A stretch of DNA of 64,000 nt from Lama guanicoe (lineage: Eukaryota): positions 503,063 to 567,062 of the forward strand of contig MU053557.1 in assembly GCA_013239625.1 (NCBI GenBank), written 5' to 3'. The notes under the pieces were generated by a model. It did not search any database. It was given only the letters and a program-made list of their open reading frames with translations, and was not told the DNA's origin. Positions within the stretch are counted from its first letter, which is position 1, and every line of letters starts with the position of its first letter. Below are positions 1 to 12,935 of this stretch, piece by piece. A program made the translations under genes and the position numbers.

Positions 1-21
1 AAAGAATCCTAGATCCAATAC

Positions 22-51
22 TGTGTGTGTGTGAGAGTGTGTGTGTGTGTG
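22..51. repeat. (TG)n microsatellite with a GAGA interruption
   Basis: Read directly from the sequence. Confidence 0.95.
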
Positions 52-600
52 GTCTAACAGAGTGGGTTCTAAACGTTAAGAGCGTATGTTAACATAGCGT
101 TTCCTAACGCCTAGATCCAAAGTGAGATGAGCGATTAAAACAATTTCTCTTCCACTTGATCAACTAAGTTCAGTACAACCACGTGCAGTCAACAGAGTAG
201 ACAAAATCTATCCTGAATCGCATACCAGTGCAGGGAGAACTTCATTATTTCAGATGAAAACAGTAATCATTTAGATTAAAAACTTTCCTTTACTGTGACG
301 AAAGACTCATTTAAATGCAAATATTTTCCTAGTTATCTTGTAAGGTAGATTTAATTTCTTCTTTAAGAAGTAAATTTCTAATTCATATGTAGTTCTTTAC
401 TCCCCAAGCATTTGTTTTAATCATGCACATCATCCATGATTATATCCACTAGGAGAAGTTAGCAGGAGAACCCAAACCATCGAGACCACAGGAGAAGGAG
501 TGGAGTGTCCAGGGCCTTTCATAAATATTCATCGAGCACTCAGCTGTGCATGAGGCCCGCGTTCACGGTTAACACCGATGTGAGGATGAGGTGGGTGATA

Positions 601-1150
601 ATGCTGCTGTACTCTGCATTAGTCAAATCACATCTTGAGAAATGTGTGCAGTTTTATGTTTCTTGCTTTATGTGTCTGACCTGGAGGCAAGAGATAAATG
701 TTACCTGGGGGAAATGAAAGGAATCAGGGATGCTAAGCATCGAAAAGAGGCTTGGATTGAAATAAGGCAGTAACCTCAAACCTCATGAGGTCAAGGACCA
801 CCTGTTTTATGCTCCCAGCTCCTTGCATCCTGGCATAAAATAAATATTCAGTAATTATCTGTGGAAAGGGTTTTTGAGGGGAAATCAGATTAAAGAGGGA
901 TTATATATATTTAGTCCAGCTCAGAGAGGCAGAGGGAAGAGTCAGGACAGAATTGTTTAGCCACAAATTCTACCTTAATGTAAGGATGACCTTTCTGACA
1001 CTGGCTCATAAGAGTAGAGGCTGCTTATAAAGTGTCGAGTTTATTAGAAATAGAAATAAATGTTCAACTAAATGCTGGGTAGTTATTATAGAGGTCATTT
1101 CTGTTCTGATCTGGATGTAAGATTTAGGTTAAAAAGTGCCAACATTCTAT
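601..1150 (+). mobile_element. L3/CR1 LINE fragment, interrupted by an L2 3' end at about 770-865
   Basis: Segments ctgtactctgcattagtcaaatcacatcttgag, aaggaatcagggatgctaagcatcgaaaagag and taatgtaaggatgacctttctgaca resemble the recalled L3 3' consensus. Confidence 0.6.
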
Positions 1151-1332
1151 AATAGTATCATTTAGCTACTTGACAAGTTTTACCTCAATTATCTTGATGG
1201 TTTATGAGGAAATGTATCTACACATTTCTTTCAAATTTCCCTTACAATATATCTGTGAGAATCAACCCTGATCACATACATTAAGCATCGTGACTAGAAC
1301 ACTTGGTTTGTGTTTCAGCTGGTTCTCATTCT

Positions 1333-1980
1333 GTTTTTGTTTTTATTTTTCTTTTATTGAAGTGTAATCGATTTACAGTGTTAGTTTCAGATGCACAGCA
1401 AAGTGATTCAGTTATATGCATACATACGTATATACTTTCTCAGTTTTTTTTTCCAGTACAGCTCATTACAAGGTATTGAATATAGTTCCCTGTGCTATAC
1501 AGTAGGTCCTTGTTGTTTATCTATTTTATATATAGTAACATGTATCTATTAATCCCAAACTCCTACCCTACCCTTCCCCTGTCTCTTTCCCCTCTGGTAA
1601 GCACAGTTTGTTTTCTGTGTCTGTGAGTCTATTTCTGGTTTGTAAATAAAATTGGGGGGTTTTTTTAGATTCCAAATATAAACGACATCATATGATATTT
1701 GGCTTTGTCTGACTTACTTCACTTAATATGATAATCTGTAGGTCCACCCATGTTGCTGCAAATGGCATTATTTCATTCTTTTTATGGCTGAGTAGTATTC
1801 CATTGTGTGTATATACCACATCCTTTTTACCCATTCATCTGTCAATGGACATTGAGGTTGCTTCCATGTCTTGGCTATTGTAAACAGTGCTGCTGTAAAC
1901 ACTGGGGTGCATGTGTCTCTTTAAATTTGAGTTTTCTCCAGATAAACGCCCAGGAGTGGGATTGCCAGATCATATGGTAA
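1333..1980 (-). mobile_element. Young 5'-truncated L1 (cetartiodactyl/camelid type): ORF2 end plus 3' UTR
   Basis: T-rich tail on the left, diagnostic tatagttccctgtgctatacagtaggtccttgttg, and antisense ORF2 end ccatgtcttggctattgtaaacagtgctgc. Collinear with the copy at 10140-10942. Confidence 0.93.
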
Positions 1981-2859
1981 CCAATTCTTAATGGTAAAAA
2001 TATTTCTTTGACAAATTCACAACAGAAATGCAGCCTCTGTACCTAGCCATAAATACATGGGGTTAATGCCACATGGGTAGAAATAGCCTTCAAAATTTAG
2101 CTACTGCAGGGAGCTGACTCCCCCCTCGATATGATTCACTTTTCAATTTTAAACTTCATTTTGATTTTCCACTGCTACCCTGTGAAAACTGACGCTCAGA
2201 AGGCAAGGCAGGCCATGACGCCTTACTGTGATGCCAGGCCAACAGCAGAGTGCCTTGTGCTACTCCCTCAGCCACTCCTGGAGCAGAAAAAAAGTTCAGT
2301 GATGCCACAAGTCAACAAACAAAGCTGCAGTTGCCAGCTGGAACTTGAAGAACACTGGGTGCAAAATGAGGAAGGACTTTGGCAAACTGACCAAACTGGC
2401 AAACAGTCCTAAATCTGGTTGGTTATGATTAGACAGAATCGACTTTATTTTCATGACAGAAAAAAAGAAAAACCTGCCCGGTTAATAAACTCACCACAGT
2501 TTCAACTCACAGCAATTGAACACCTGCATGTCAGTTATAAGGGCTAAAAAAAAAAAAAAACACTATTTGGAAATTGTTTTATGATAGTTTTATATCATTA
2601 AAAAAATTTAAACTAATGACCTTAATATTTTTTCCTTAGTAATGTTAAACACCAGGAGTTCTCAGCTGGATGCTTGGCTATTTTTCTATTTGAATTTAAC
2701 ATATTGGAATACATACTGGTTCAACCAATACCAGTCATTGATGTATAGGTAAAAAGTCTCTGACCCTAGCCTAAAATATTTTAAGTGGTCCACATCTGAA
2801 GGAAACCTCTGAAACCATCAGGGCCTAATAGTCATGGCCATAATCATAATGACAACCAC

Positions 2860-3078
2860 CACCACTACAAACGTGAGCCATCATGGTATGTTAACGTGGT
2901 TTTAGCTACCTCAGCAAGCTTGGTTTCATTCTTATGCCTATTACTGAAATAAGAAAACCGGGGCATTGGGAAGTCAAGCAGCTGACATAAGGTCACACAG
3001 CTGCTAAGTAGTAGAGATGGGATTTGAACCTACGTCATCTGCTTCTAGAGTCCTTGCCCTTATCCACACTATCTCCTA
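2860..3078 (-). mobile_element. MIR SINE
   Basis: aaggtcacacagctgctaagtagtagagatgggatttgaacc is the antisense MIR core/head. Confidence 0.8.
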
Positions 3079-4095
3079 CCTGTCTATGGTCAGGGAATGA
3101 AAGCACCAGGATGATCGAGCACAGCCCTTGAATTATTGAAGCAAGGACCAGACTGAGCTCCAGAGAAAGGGTCAGAGCACAAGACACCCACTGACTACCA
3201 ATGACAGGTCAGCTTCAACCTCCTCTTGGCTTTAGTGACCCAGACTATGAAGACACTGGCTACACGATAGCAAGTATTTAGACATGTGGGTGTAAGGATG
3301 GGTGCATCTTTGCTGCTGCCTCTGACCCTCCACTCACTACGACAGGAAATCAATCACACAGCTTACTGTCCATAACGATTAACATGACTTCATTACCCCA
3401 TTGTCTTCATCAACATAGTTTACTATTCCACGTGGCTCTTTCCCAGAAGAAAAAGTTACAACACTATTGTTCACACCAGGAACTGAAGGATTCATCAATT
3501 CTTGAATACAAAGCACCAAACAACAGTTTACATCCCAAGACTCTTTGAAATCCTTGTCTCAAGATTTTCACTTCTGAAACTCCTAAGCTACTTTATGGTG
3601 ATACACACCCAGTCCTAGCTAACCCCCTATGTTGAAAGATCTACCTTAAACCAGACTTGAAGATCTTAGTAATTATCTCATCTTGGTCCTTCTTTCACTG
3701 AGATGCTATCAAAGTTCTGTGGAGGGCTGTCTTCCCTCACTGCGCCAAGCAATAAACTTAGCTTTGTCAACAGGTTGTGTTTTATGTATTTTGAGGGGCC
3801 AGCATTCAATACCTCTCAAGGGGAAGCTGGTCACTGCTTCCAGGAACCTTTCTTTGCCACTCCTTCCCCTCTCCAAAAGAAAACAGAAACACTTAGGACT
3901 TGCTAAGGTGCTGACTATTCAAAACTTTTTGACATTGTTAGGGGAGTCACCATTTGTCTTGTCATTGCCTAAGTTCGAGCAAAATATTCTTAATATATAA
4001 ATATTGGAGGATTCATGATGTGACAGTTTATTTTAATGTTAAATGTTTGCTTTTTGTTTAAAATTTCCAAGAGACTTCATTTAAAAATCACACTT

Positions 4096-4214
4096 GGGGA
4101 GGGTATATAGCTCAGTGGTAGAGCGCATGCCTTGCATGCTTGAGGTCCTAGGTTCAATCCCCAGTACCTCCATTAAATAAATAAATAAAACTAATTACTC
4201 CCCTCCCCACTAAG
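4096..4214 (+). mobile_element. Vic-1-type tRNA-derived SINE (camelid)
   Basis: GGGGAGGG head, A box TAGCTCAGTGG (4108-4118), B box GGTTCAATCC (4151-4160), (TAAA)n-CTAATTAC-C-rich tail, and perfect 13-bp TSD AAAAATCACACTT at 4083-4095 and 4215-4227. Confidence 0.92.
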
Positions 4215-5194
4215 AAAAATCACACTTCCTTTGCCTAAACAAAGTATTGTGCATAGAAACAGCATAATTTAACCAGATATCATCAAGAAGTTTAGATATA
4301 TGAAGTCAACTGGTACAATATGGAAATGCTAACTTCTTCTCAAAAATAATTTACCATTATTGTTTCCTTTTCCATATGTATGATGTTACAAAGAATATTT
4401 GAAATGTGTATGCATAGTTTAAGAAATAATAATACAAGAAGCACCCATGTGTTCACTACCCTAGTTGAAATACAGAATGCTACTGAGACAACAAACAGCC
4501 CTATTTTATGTTTTTATAATTATCATGGCTTCTTGATACACTTTTTACAAACATATTTCTCAAACTTACTGTGCAGTGGCTATGTCAACTTTTTCTTCTC
4601 CTGGCACCCCTACAATCTGATTTATGGTAAGCATTCTACCTGTTTCAGAAAGGAGGTTGACAATTAATCTTCCAGATTAAAAAATCCTAGTTAAAAACTA
4701 GAAAAGGTCTTGGCAGTTTACTCAAGACAGATTTCTTCTTCTTCTTTTCTCCCTTGGTCCATAATAAAATGGTTTTTAAATGCTTCCTTGCTCCCATGAC
4801 AATTTGGACCAGTGCCCACACTCCTACTCCATTCGGAGCCCCATCTCCGCACTAGCATTTACAGACGGGGGAAGGGGGGCGCTGTGTGTGTGTTCAGTCC
4901 TCTTCCCAGCGCCCCGTGGCGCCTTGAACCAAGTATGTGTTCAGCACGTGTTAATCAAATGCAGGGCTGGCGTTCTCAGCAGATGGGAAACCTCAGGGAG
5001 GTCTTTGCTGTTCTTTAACATTCTCTTCCACATCTTCCCTTCTCCTCTTTGCTCCTCCTCCTCTCTCATTGCCTGTGTCTTAGTCCCTGGCGTGGACCAC
5101 GGCTCTCCTACCCTACAGATAGCATGCAGAATAACAGATTGCTAAGCCCTGATTTATCATGGCTTCTCTTCATTTTACTCTTTTCTGATCATTT

Positions 5195-5700
5195 ATTTTC
5201 AATAGTTTTCTTTAATTTCAAAAAGGAATCAAGTTGTTTGTCAGAAATGAAATGGTCCAAAGATATATAAATAAATACCTATTTTCTAGTCGTACCATCT
5301 GAATAACCAGTGTTAATAGCTTAGGACATTCCTGCCTTTTATCAATGTTCTCAAAACTATATACACATCTCTTTCCCTCTCTCTCTCCATAGACACAGAA
5401 TTTCCCCATCTTCCCATGCTGCCTTCAGAAGGAATTGTATTATATGCATGATTCTGAAGGTTTATTTTTTTCACTTAACAATAAGTCATGGATTATGGAT
5501 ATGAGTCGAACTTGATTTTTTTAATGGCTACTGATATCCTATAGTATAGAAGCACTGAAATATATTCAACCATTTTAAGTGGACAATCTCGTTTTCAGCT
5601 CTTTGCCATTTCAAATAATGTTGTAGTAAATATCCTTGTGTGTGTGTGATGTATGCGTGCATGTGTATCTGCAAATTTTCTATCATTTGACCCATAAACT
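5195..5700 (-). mobile_element. Ancient L1M(E) 3' region
   Basis: ttttttcacttaacaata and ttttcagctctttgccatttcaaataatgttgtagtaaatatccttg are typical antisense L1ME 3' motifs. Confidence 0.7.
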
Positions 5701-6589
5701 GCCAGAGATAACAGAAATGAGAAATTGTTGGGACTTCTTTTCACTGATGTTCTTTACTCAGGAAAAAATAAGAGCCTCAATAAGGTGATGATGAGGCATT
5801 TCAACTCATTTCTAAGAGGATGTGAAATTTTGCTAACAATGTAAGCTGCAAATGAGACTTTAAAAAAGTGTTTCATTTCACGTCATGGTACTTTGTACAC
5901 CATCAAAGAAAAGTAATCAAAATGCAAACAGAAGCTTCCTGCTCAAGGGAAATATAAATAGAGACCTAGAATGAGTTGGATAGCAATCACTCCTTGTTGG
6001 AAAAAAATGCTTTTACTACAAAATAAATGAAACATTTAATGTCCCAATTCCATTTGGGAGTGATGTACGTTTTAAGGCACAATTCCTCTTGCTAATCACA
6101 AACGCAGAACCCCTTGGATCCTCATGACATAGGAGGAGAGAGTTCAAACAGCCAGCTGCCTACCACAGAAAGTCTATAATTGGAGTGGAAAGAGGGCAGA
6201 TAACGCATAGCTCTTGCTGCATATAAGGAAAGCCCACAAGGCATGCAGAAATTGTTGGCCCTATATTCAAATTGTTTGTGTGACAGAAAGGATTCTTAGA
6301 ACTAGTTTGGGAACTAGAATTTGAAGCATAATGTACACTTATGAAGGAGAGTCAGAATGGGAACAATTCTTTTTAGACTATTATAGAATTACATCAAACT
6401 CCCCCCTACCCACATCTACCTCACTCATCATATAAAAACAATAATCAGAGTATTTTGACAATTCATTCCTTCAGTTTTCAAAGATGAAGCCTTCTTATAA
6501 ACCCCATGCTACGCTACACAGCATATATGCAAATACAGTCCTTTCCTACCCTCCACGCTACCCCTTCTTCAGTGAGAAAACGAGGGATT

Positions 6590-7060
6590 GTAATGCAGCA
6601 TGAGTGTTGTAATGGGGAGAAGTCCAAATGCCCCGAGAAGAGCTATCTGGCCTTGACTTGGGGTCAGGAAAGATCTTGTGGGTCAGTACTGTCTAAGCTT
6701 ATGAACAAGTTAGAGTTGGATGAAAATTATTCCAGGCAGAGGGTATATCCTCAAAAATCAAGGAGTGATAAACTCACTAAGGCATTAGAAGATGCTTAAA
6801 TGATAGAGCATAGTGACTGAGGGGTGATGAAGATGTGAGAGATCAGGCAGGTCACAGGAAGAAAGAACAGGATGGAATTGTGGCTTCTGCAAGACCATGC
6901 CAGCTGCAGTGTGAAGAACAGCCTAAAAATCAGGCAAGAACAGGAACCTGGAGACAAGTTAGGAGGCTGTTGCCAATTTTTCAGCTGAGATGATAATGAC
7001 CTGACCTAGGGAAATGGTAGTGAAGATGGGGAAAAGAGATGCAATCAATTTTCCAAGCTC
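6590..7060 (-). mobile_element. L2 LINE fragment
   Basis: attccaggcagaggg and gagacaagttaggaggctgttgcc...gagatgataatgacctgacctaggg match antisense L2. Confidence 0.7.
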
Positions 7061-8234
7061 AGGCTGGGAGTCTTGTTTGTTTGGAAGCAGATCATCTGAC
7101 AGTCCTGGACTTGGTTTGATGGCAATTTCTTTTCTCCCAAAGTAGAGGAAGCAAGAAGGCACACTGCTTGTTTGGATTTAATTCTAACCAACAAGGAAGA
7201 AACATCTGGTGCTTTGGTGGCTACTCCTATGGCAAGGCCTAGTGGTTTAGGTTACCAACCAGCCAGCCAAAAAAGCTAGCTGAGACTTAATAAGGATGAT
7301 TAGAAACCTACCCAGAAATACAGAATCACCTCTGTTATGGAGTCACTTCAGTTCCAGAAGTTTGTACATAAGTCTATTTCTTGTTCTTAGGTTCAGAATA
7401 ACACCATACATTTGTTGTTGGAGCTTAGAAATGAAATACTTTTTGTGTGTTTCACTTTTTTTCTATATGGGAAGATTAGTAAATACAATTTTTCGATACG
7501 ATTATTTAATAAGAAGGGAAACTGACCAAATGGAGAGAGTCAGGAACAGGGCAACCATGAAGACAAAGCATGTCCTCCTTTAAAATATTGTTGAGCCTGG
7601 ACTGTGAGCAAGGCACTGTGTCCGGAGATGAAGACATGACGGTAAACAAATAGACCTAGTTCCATCCTCCAGCAACCACACGGGGGTCAGCAAAGCAAAG
7701 TGGAGGCTGGAGAAGGGAGAAGCATAGAAGCTGGCTTCAAGGAGCCAAAAAGCTGTCAGTAGGAACAGGGGCCCAATTTATTCTGTTTAAATTAAGCCAC
7801 TGAGTAGGATTTGGGAGAGAAGAATTCCAACAAATTCTGGTTGCGTGGCTGAGATAAACTGTCTGAGGTGACGCAGTAGTGGGTTCTCCCTTCTGCTAGC
7901 TGATGCTGCATTTGACTTGCACTGTTTCATTTAAACGTCAAACCGCTCTATGAGATAATTGCCACGACTAACCCCATTTTACACATGAGGCGGTGAAGTT
8001 TCAGAGATCCCGCGGTTAGGACACAGCAGAGCCACCATGTGACTTACTATGGTCTTTACTGTGAACTCCACCACTTACCCATTTTTGGCAAAAAAAAAAA
8101 AAATCATTAACAGGCTGCGTAGATGGTGATCAAAAGGTTTCTCTAAGTAAAGAGGGAGAACTACCAGGATGTTAAGAGTCCTCCTAAACCGCACATTCAA
8201 GTATTCTAGATATTTCCAGAATATGAGACACATG

Positions 8235-8616
8235 TACTAAAAATATGCTTCAGATGACAAAATTATCAAGATAGAGAACAGACTCGTAGTTGTCACGGGT
8301 CGGGGGATGTGTGGTAGGTGGGTGTGGTTATAAAAAGATCCTTGTGGTGATGGAACACTTCTGTATCTTGCTTGTAGTTGTGGCTGCAATAATCTACACA
8401 TGTGATAGAACTGCATAGCACTACATACACACACGCATGCACACAAGTGCATGTGAAACTGGAGAAATCAAAATAAGGTTGATGGATGTCAGTTTCCTAG
8501 TTGTGGGGCTGCGTAATTAACACAAGAGTTACTGCTGGGGGAGACTACACAAAGGGGTACGAGATCACTCTGTGTATTATTTCTTGTATGTGAATCCATA
8601 ATTTCAAAGTAAAAAG
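8235..8616 (+). mobile_element. L1MC-type 3' UTR fragment
   Basis: gatccttgtggtgatggaacacttctgtatcttg...aatctacacatgtgatagaactgcatag...gtgaatccataatttcaaagtaaaaag. Confidence 0.8.
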
Positions 8617-9231
8617 CTAAAAGCATATGTGGCGCAAGCACAGGAAAATGCCTATGCAAACACTGGCGGTTGTCCTTCCCCAGCATTCTTCTCTACCCCA
8701 CGCTCCTCCAATGGAGGGAAACCTGGAGCTACTGCAAAATGCGCTCCCTCTGTATTCCCAGGAGCATGTCTGACTGAAGACATTTTCCCCCAAGTTCCTG
8801 TGCGCTGGACACATTAATAGTTCCCCCTAGTGCTTTTATTTGCATTTCTCCACATCATTCAGGAAAGCGTTCTCTGGAAAATGCATTCTGGGAGGTAACA
8901 AAAGTTCTGACATTGATTTTAGCGCATGAAAACAGATAATGGAGCTAAGGAGGGAAAATCTGCATGATGAAATGATAAAACTCAAATGATTGCAACTCTG
9001 CATTTTATAATTACAGAATTTGGGTGGTATCTTGAATATTATCTCCAGATAAGATTGACTCAGTCATCCAGCTTTCCAAAGAGCATTTGGAGGAATGCCA
9101 CCTTGTAATTTTAACCCTCTGATTATAAAAATAATCAATACCTACATTATTAAAAAAAGAGAGAATAAAAATCACCTATAATGCCACTATTCAAATATAC
9201 ATATGCCAATTTTTCTTCTCTGCTCTAGTTC

Positions 9232-9660
9232 TTCTTAATCAGGACACTTGATTATAAATGGCAGACACTCACTGAGACCTTGCAACCTTCGGGTACAACC
9301 AGAAACTGGGGCTCAGCTGCCGTACTTAGGGCTCATTCGCAGGTTTTGCAGTTCTTAGCTCTGTTTGCTTTGGTGTCACTTCCATCCTCAGGCAGGTTTT
9401 TCCCTTTTGGTGGCAGAAATGGCTGCAGTGGATCTTGACTTCTATCTCACTTTTAGGGGATCTTAGCTGGAAAGAGAACTTCTCCTTCCTCACAGCTCTA
9501 CTAAAAGCCCCCAGACTGGGTCTAATGAACTTGACTGGGCTAAGAGGCTATTTCTGAGCCAAACACTGACCAAAGAGTTAGACTGTGCTCGGCGCCAGGT
9601 CCGGGTCATGGTCATGAAATCAGGTGATGGATGGGGGCATGGGATCGGAGTGCTTTTACC
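9232..9660 (-). mobile_element. MaLR LTR (MLT1K/L-like)
   Basis: ccatcctcaggcagg...ggtggcagaaatggctgcag...tttctgagccaaacactg...ccgggtcatg resembles the antisense MLT1K/L consensus. Confidence 0.65.
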
Positions 9661-9998
9661 AATATAGTTCTGTTATGGTTTGGTAATCGCTAAATCACCG
9701 TTACCACTAAATCACCTGTAGGTCAACAGATTTCTCCTGTTTTTCAGTCATTCGCCCTAACTCCACTGTGGTAAGAATATCACCTTAAATACAAAGAAAA
9801 ATGCAAATAAACGTAAGACCACTATTGTCAAGCTGGTATCCACTTAGTGCAATAGATCATTACAGTTGTGGGGACGATACAGTTTCTCATACGCTGAGAC
9901 TAAGAAGCAGGGTTGGCTGTTAGTTCTCAGGGCACGTCAGACATTAACAAAAACGGAGACTGAAAAAGACCGTACGTAAGAGAGACCACTGTGCAGCT

Positions 9999-11063
9999 CA
10001 CTGTTTTGCAAACTCTGAGTCGTGATTTATTTGTGGGTTATGAAATCAATGTAGAGAGTCATGATGAATTTCAGAAAAGGAAATAGAGTAGAAAACATGA
10101 AAGTGCAGCACAGATGGTGAAGTTAAGAATTGCTTCATATAAATGCTGGGGAGGCTGTGGAGAAAAGGGAACCCTCCTACGCTGCTGGTGGGAATATAAT
10201 TTGCTGCAGCCACTATGGAGAACAGTATGGAGATTCCTTAAAAACCTGAAAATAGACTTACTGTATAATCCAGCAATCCCACTCCTGGGCATTTATTTGG
10301 AGGAAACTCTAATTTGAAAAGATACACGCACCCCAATGTTCGTAGCAGCACTGTTTACAATAGCCAAGACATGGAAACAACGTAAATGTCCATCGACAGA
10401 TGACTGGGTAAAGGTATGGTGTGTGTATGCATGTGTGTGTGTGTATATATGTATATATGTGCGTATGTATGTATGCAAATGTGTGTGTGTGTATATATAA
10501 TGGAACACTACTCAGCCATAAAAAAGAATAAAATAACGCCATTCGCAGCAACATGGATGGACCTGTGATTGTCACACTAAATGAAGTAAGCCAGAAAGAG
10601 AAAGAAAAATACCACATGCTATCACTGATATGTGGAGTCTAAAACAATGACACAAATGAACTTATTTATAAAACAAACAAACACACAGACACAGAAAACA
10701 AACTTATAGTTAATGGGGGAAAGGTAGGGTGGTAGAGGAATAAAGTGGGAGTTTGGGATTTGCAGATACCAACACTATATACAAAATAGATAAACAACAA
10801 GGTCCTACTGTACAGCACAGGGAACTATATTCAATACCTTGTAATAGCCTGTAATGAAAAAGAACATGAAAAATCACTATGAATCACTATGGTGTACACC
10901 AGAAATTAACACAACGTTGGAAACCAACTATACTGCAATAAAAAGAAGAGCTTCATAAAAAACTTGGGTTACAATTTAAGCGTGGGCATGCACATTCATG
11001 GACACGCTCTGGGTCACAAGTCAAAATGTATCTTACCATAGGTTGAATTAATTGAAATCACTG
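9999..11063. mobile_element. Non-autonomous hAT-Charlie-like DNA transposon split by a young L1 (arms about 9999-10139 and 10943-11063)
   Basis: Left end cactgttttgcaaact...gtgggttatgaaatcaat. Right end ctgggtcacaagtcaaaatgtatcttac...ttgaaatcactg. The two ends are degenerate CAGTG-type inverted repeats. Confidence 0.6.
10140..10942 (+). mobile_element. Young 5'-truncated L1 with ORF2 C-terminal (Cys-rich) coding remnant, 3' UTR and poly(A) signal
   Basis: ORF 10114-10317 encodes [52 protein letters not shown], the L1 ORF2 C-terminus. AATAAA near the 3' end. TSD AAGAATTGCTTCATA (10125-10139) vs AAGAAGAGCTTCATA (10943-10957), 13/15 identical. Confidence 0.96.
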
Positions 11064-11649
11064 TTGTCACTTGTATAATCAGAGCTGGGATCTAAAATGT
11101 TAAGGAGGAAAGTCCATTTAATATGTTCTGCACTGAGCATGAGTCACCAGTGAGCAAGCATCTCTTTAACATTCAAATCCCATGTAGCTGAGAGGGTCAG
11201 TGACTTGCATTGTGCTGGGATCACCTGGTTTAGACGAGAACAACGCTCAAGGGGCTCAGGATGAATCTCACGGATCTACATGTGTCCTCAGTGCCATTTT
11301 TGCTGCATGTCCTTGGTAAGTATTGGTGTCTCCAAGGAACACCGGTCAAGGTATGCCACCTTTCCTTTAAAATAAACACATCTTTATTTGCCAACTAGTA
11401 TTGTCAACATAACTGCAAAATTCAAGAAAATTTTGAACCGGTTGAACTGACTTTATCAAGGATTTTATATATTACCTAGTATCAAGTTACGCTCTGATCG
11501 TTTCTTTCAGTGACTTGTTGATTTTATGTGTTTATGCAGAAATATTTACAGTTCTAGTGGAGCCTGAATGGTTTGAACTGTTTAAAAGAAACTCCTTTCT
11601 ACTGATCAGTACACAAGACAGCGGCAGCTCCTTAGAAGCCCTTCCATAA

Positions 11650-12200
11650 TCATTGCCCTCTCCCACTTTAAAAATTAACATCTCTTGTTTCAGTCGCAAG
11701 CTTATGACCCCACCTTACAACTAGATTCCCACGTGTCACTTGCCTCCCCTCCCCCATCAGCTCTGTAGCTGCCACTCTTGGATTTCTTCAGAATCCCAGT
11801 GACTCAGCCAAGAGCCAGATCTGCTGTTTTCAATTTCTGGCACCCTTCAAAATATCTTTCAGATAATAAATGAAGTTGAAATGGGTCAACATTCCTTCTC
11901 ACCATCCGCTCAAGGACAATGATTTCAAAATTTTTATCGCCAGGGTTTCAGTGGCCAGGCCCGTAACACCAAACACCCACCAGAGATTCTCCATTTTCAA
12001 GTCTCTTAACCTAATAAGTCTAAATATAAACTCTTTCTCTATCCCCTAGAACAGCAATTTTCTCCTCCTGACTTCCTGTGTCTATTAAAATTCACTGTTT
12101 TCTCTAAGATACCAAGACTCAAAACTTCAAGATCATCTCGAATTCCTTCTTTGGTCCTCACCTTCCACATGCAGTCATCATGACATCATTCAGCCATGTC
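11650..12200 (+). mobile_element. L2 LINE fragment
   Basis: Pyrimidine-rich L2-like text such as ctcctcctgacttcctgtgtctattaa...caaaacttcaagatcatctcgaattccttct. Confidence 0.6.
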
Positions 12201-12411
12201 TATATCTGCCTAGCCGGGCTCTAAACCTATTCCACAAGTTCATTCTGTCCAAGACGGCATCATGAGAGTGTCACTTGATGGACCAACCATCAGGCCAGAA
12301 ATAAATGCAGCATGACATCATGTTAGGCATAGTTTTCTATTTCTAGCTTAAAATCAACCTAAAACATAGTAGGAGCTCCCTGGGAAAAGCAAATGGTTTT
12401 ACCATTTTCTG

Positions 12412-12589
12412 TTTTTTTTTTTAAACTTATTTTTAATAAGGTTTTTGATTAGTTTAGTTTTGAAGGGGGTTGGTTGGAGGTTATTAGGTTTCCTTATTTA
12501 ATTCTTTTTTTGATGGAGATGCTAGAGATTGAATCCAGGGCCTCATGCACGCTAAGCATGTGCTCTACCACTGGAGCTATTCCCTCCCC
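12412..12589 (-). mobile_element. Vic-1-type tRNA-derived SINE
   Basis: Reverse complement reads ggggagggaatagctccagtggtagagcacatgcttagc...ggattcaatc. Long T-rich tail. TSD CCATTTTCTG at 12402-12411 and 12593-12602. Confidence 0.9.
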
Positions 12590-12664
12590 GCTCCATTTTC
12601 TGCTTCTTTTTAAACAAAAATAATCCTCATTCTCACTATCTTAATCATTAAACACCCATTATTT

Positions 12665-12667
<3 letters not shown>

Positions 12668-12698
<31 letters not shown>
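12668..12698. repeat. (CA)n microsatellite
   Basis: Read directly from the sequence. Confidence 0.97.
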
Positions 12699-12703
<5 letters not shown>

Positions 12704-12935
12704 GTATTTACAACTTCTGTATGACAGCATTATTTCCTTTCACATTTAAGCTCCTTCTGTATTCCTAAATGTTTGGGGGTGCTAGATAAAACCAAAGCAG
12801 AACCCTTCATTTCCCTTTTATTTCTTTCTAACTTTCTTTTAAATGAGCCACATTTCATTTCACTTTCCTATAACTGGAAAAGCAACAACTACATTTTAAG
12901 TCAGTGAGGGCAAATAGCTCTCATTTTCCTTATAG

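Noticed and set aside
4096..4170. tRNA-like sequence (also at 12515-12589, 13521-13595 and 44003-44077)
   Set aside because: Each has a SINE tail, most have TSDs, and the stems are degenerate. These are SINE heads, not tRNA genes.
10114..10317. 67-aa ORF with real protein similarity
   Set aside because: It is the L1 ORF2 C-terminus of a truncated retrotransposon, not a host gene.
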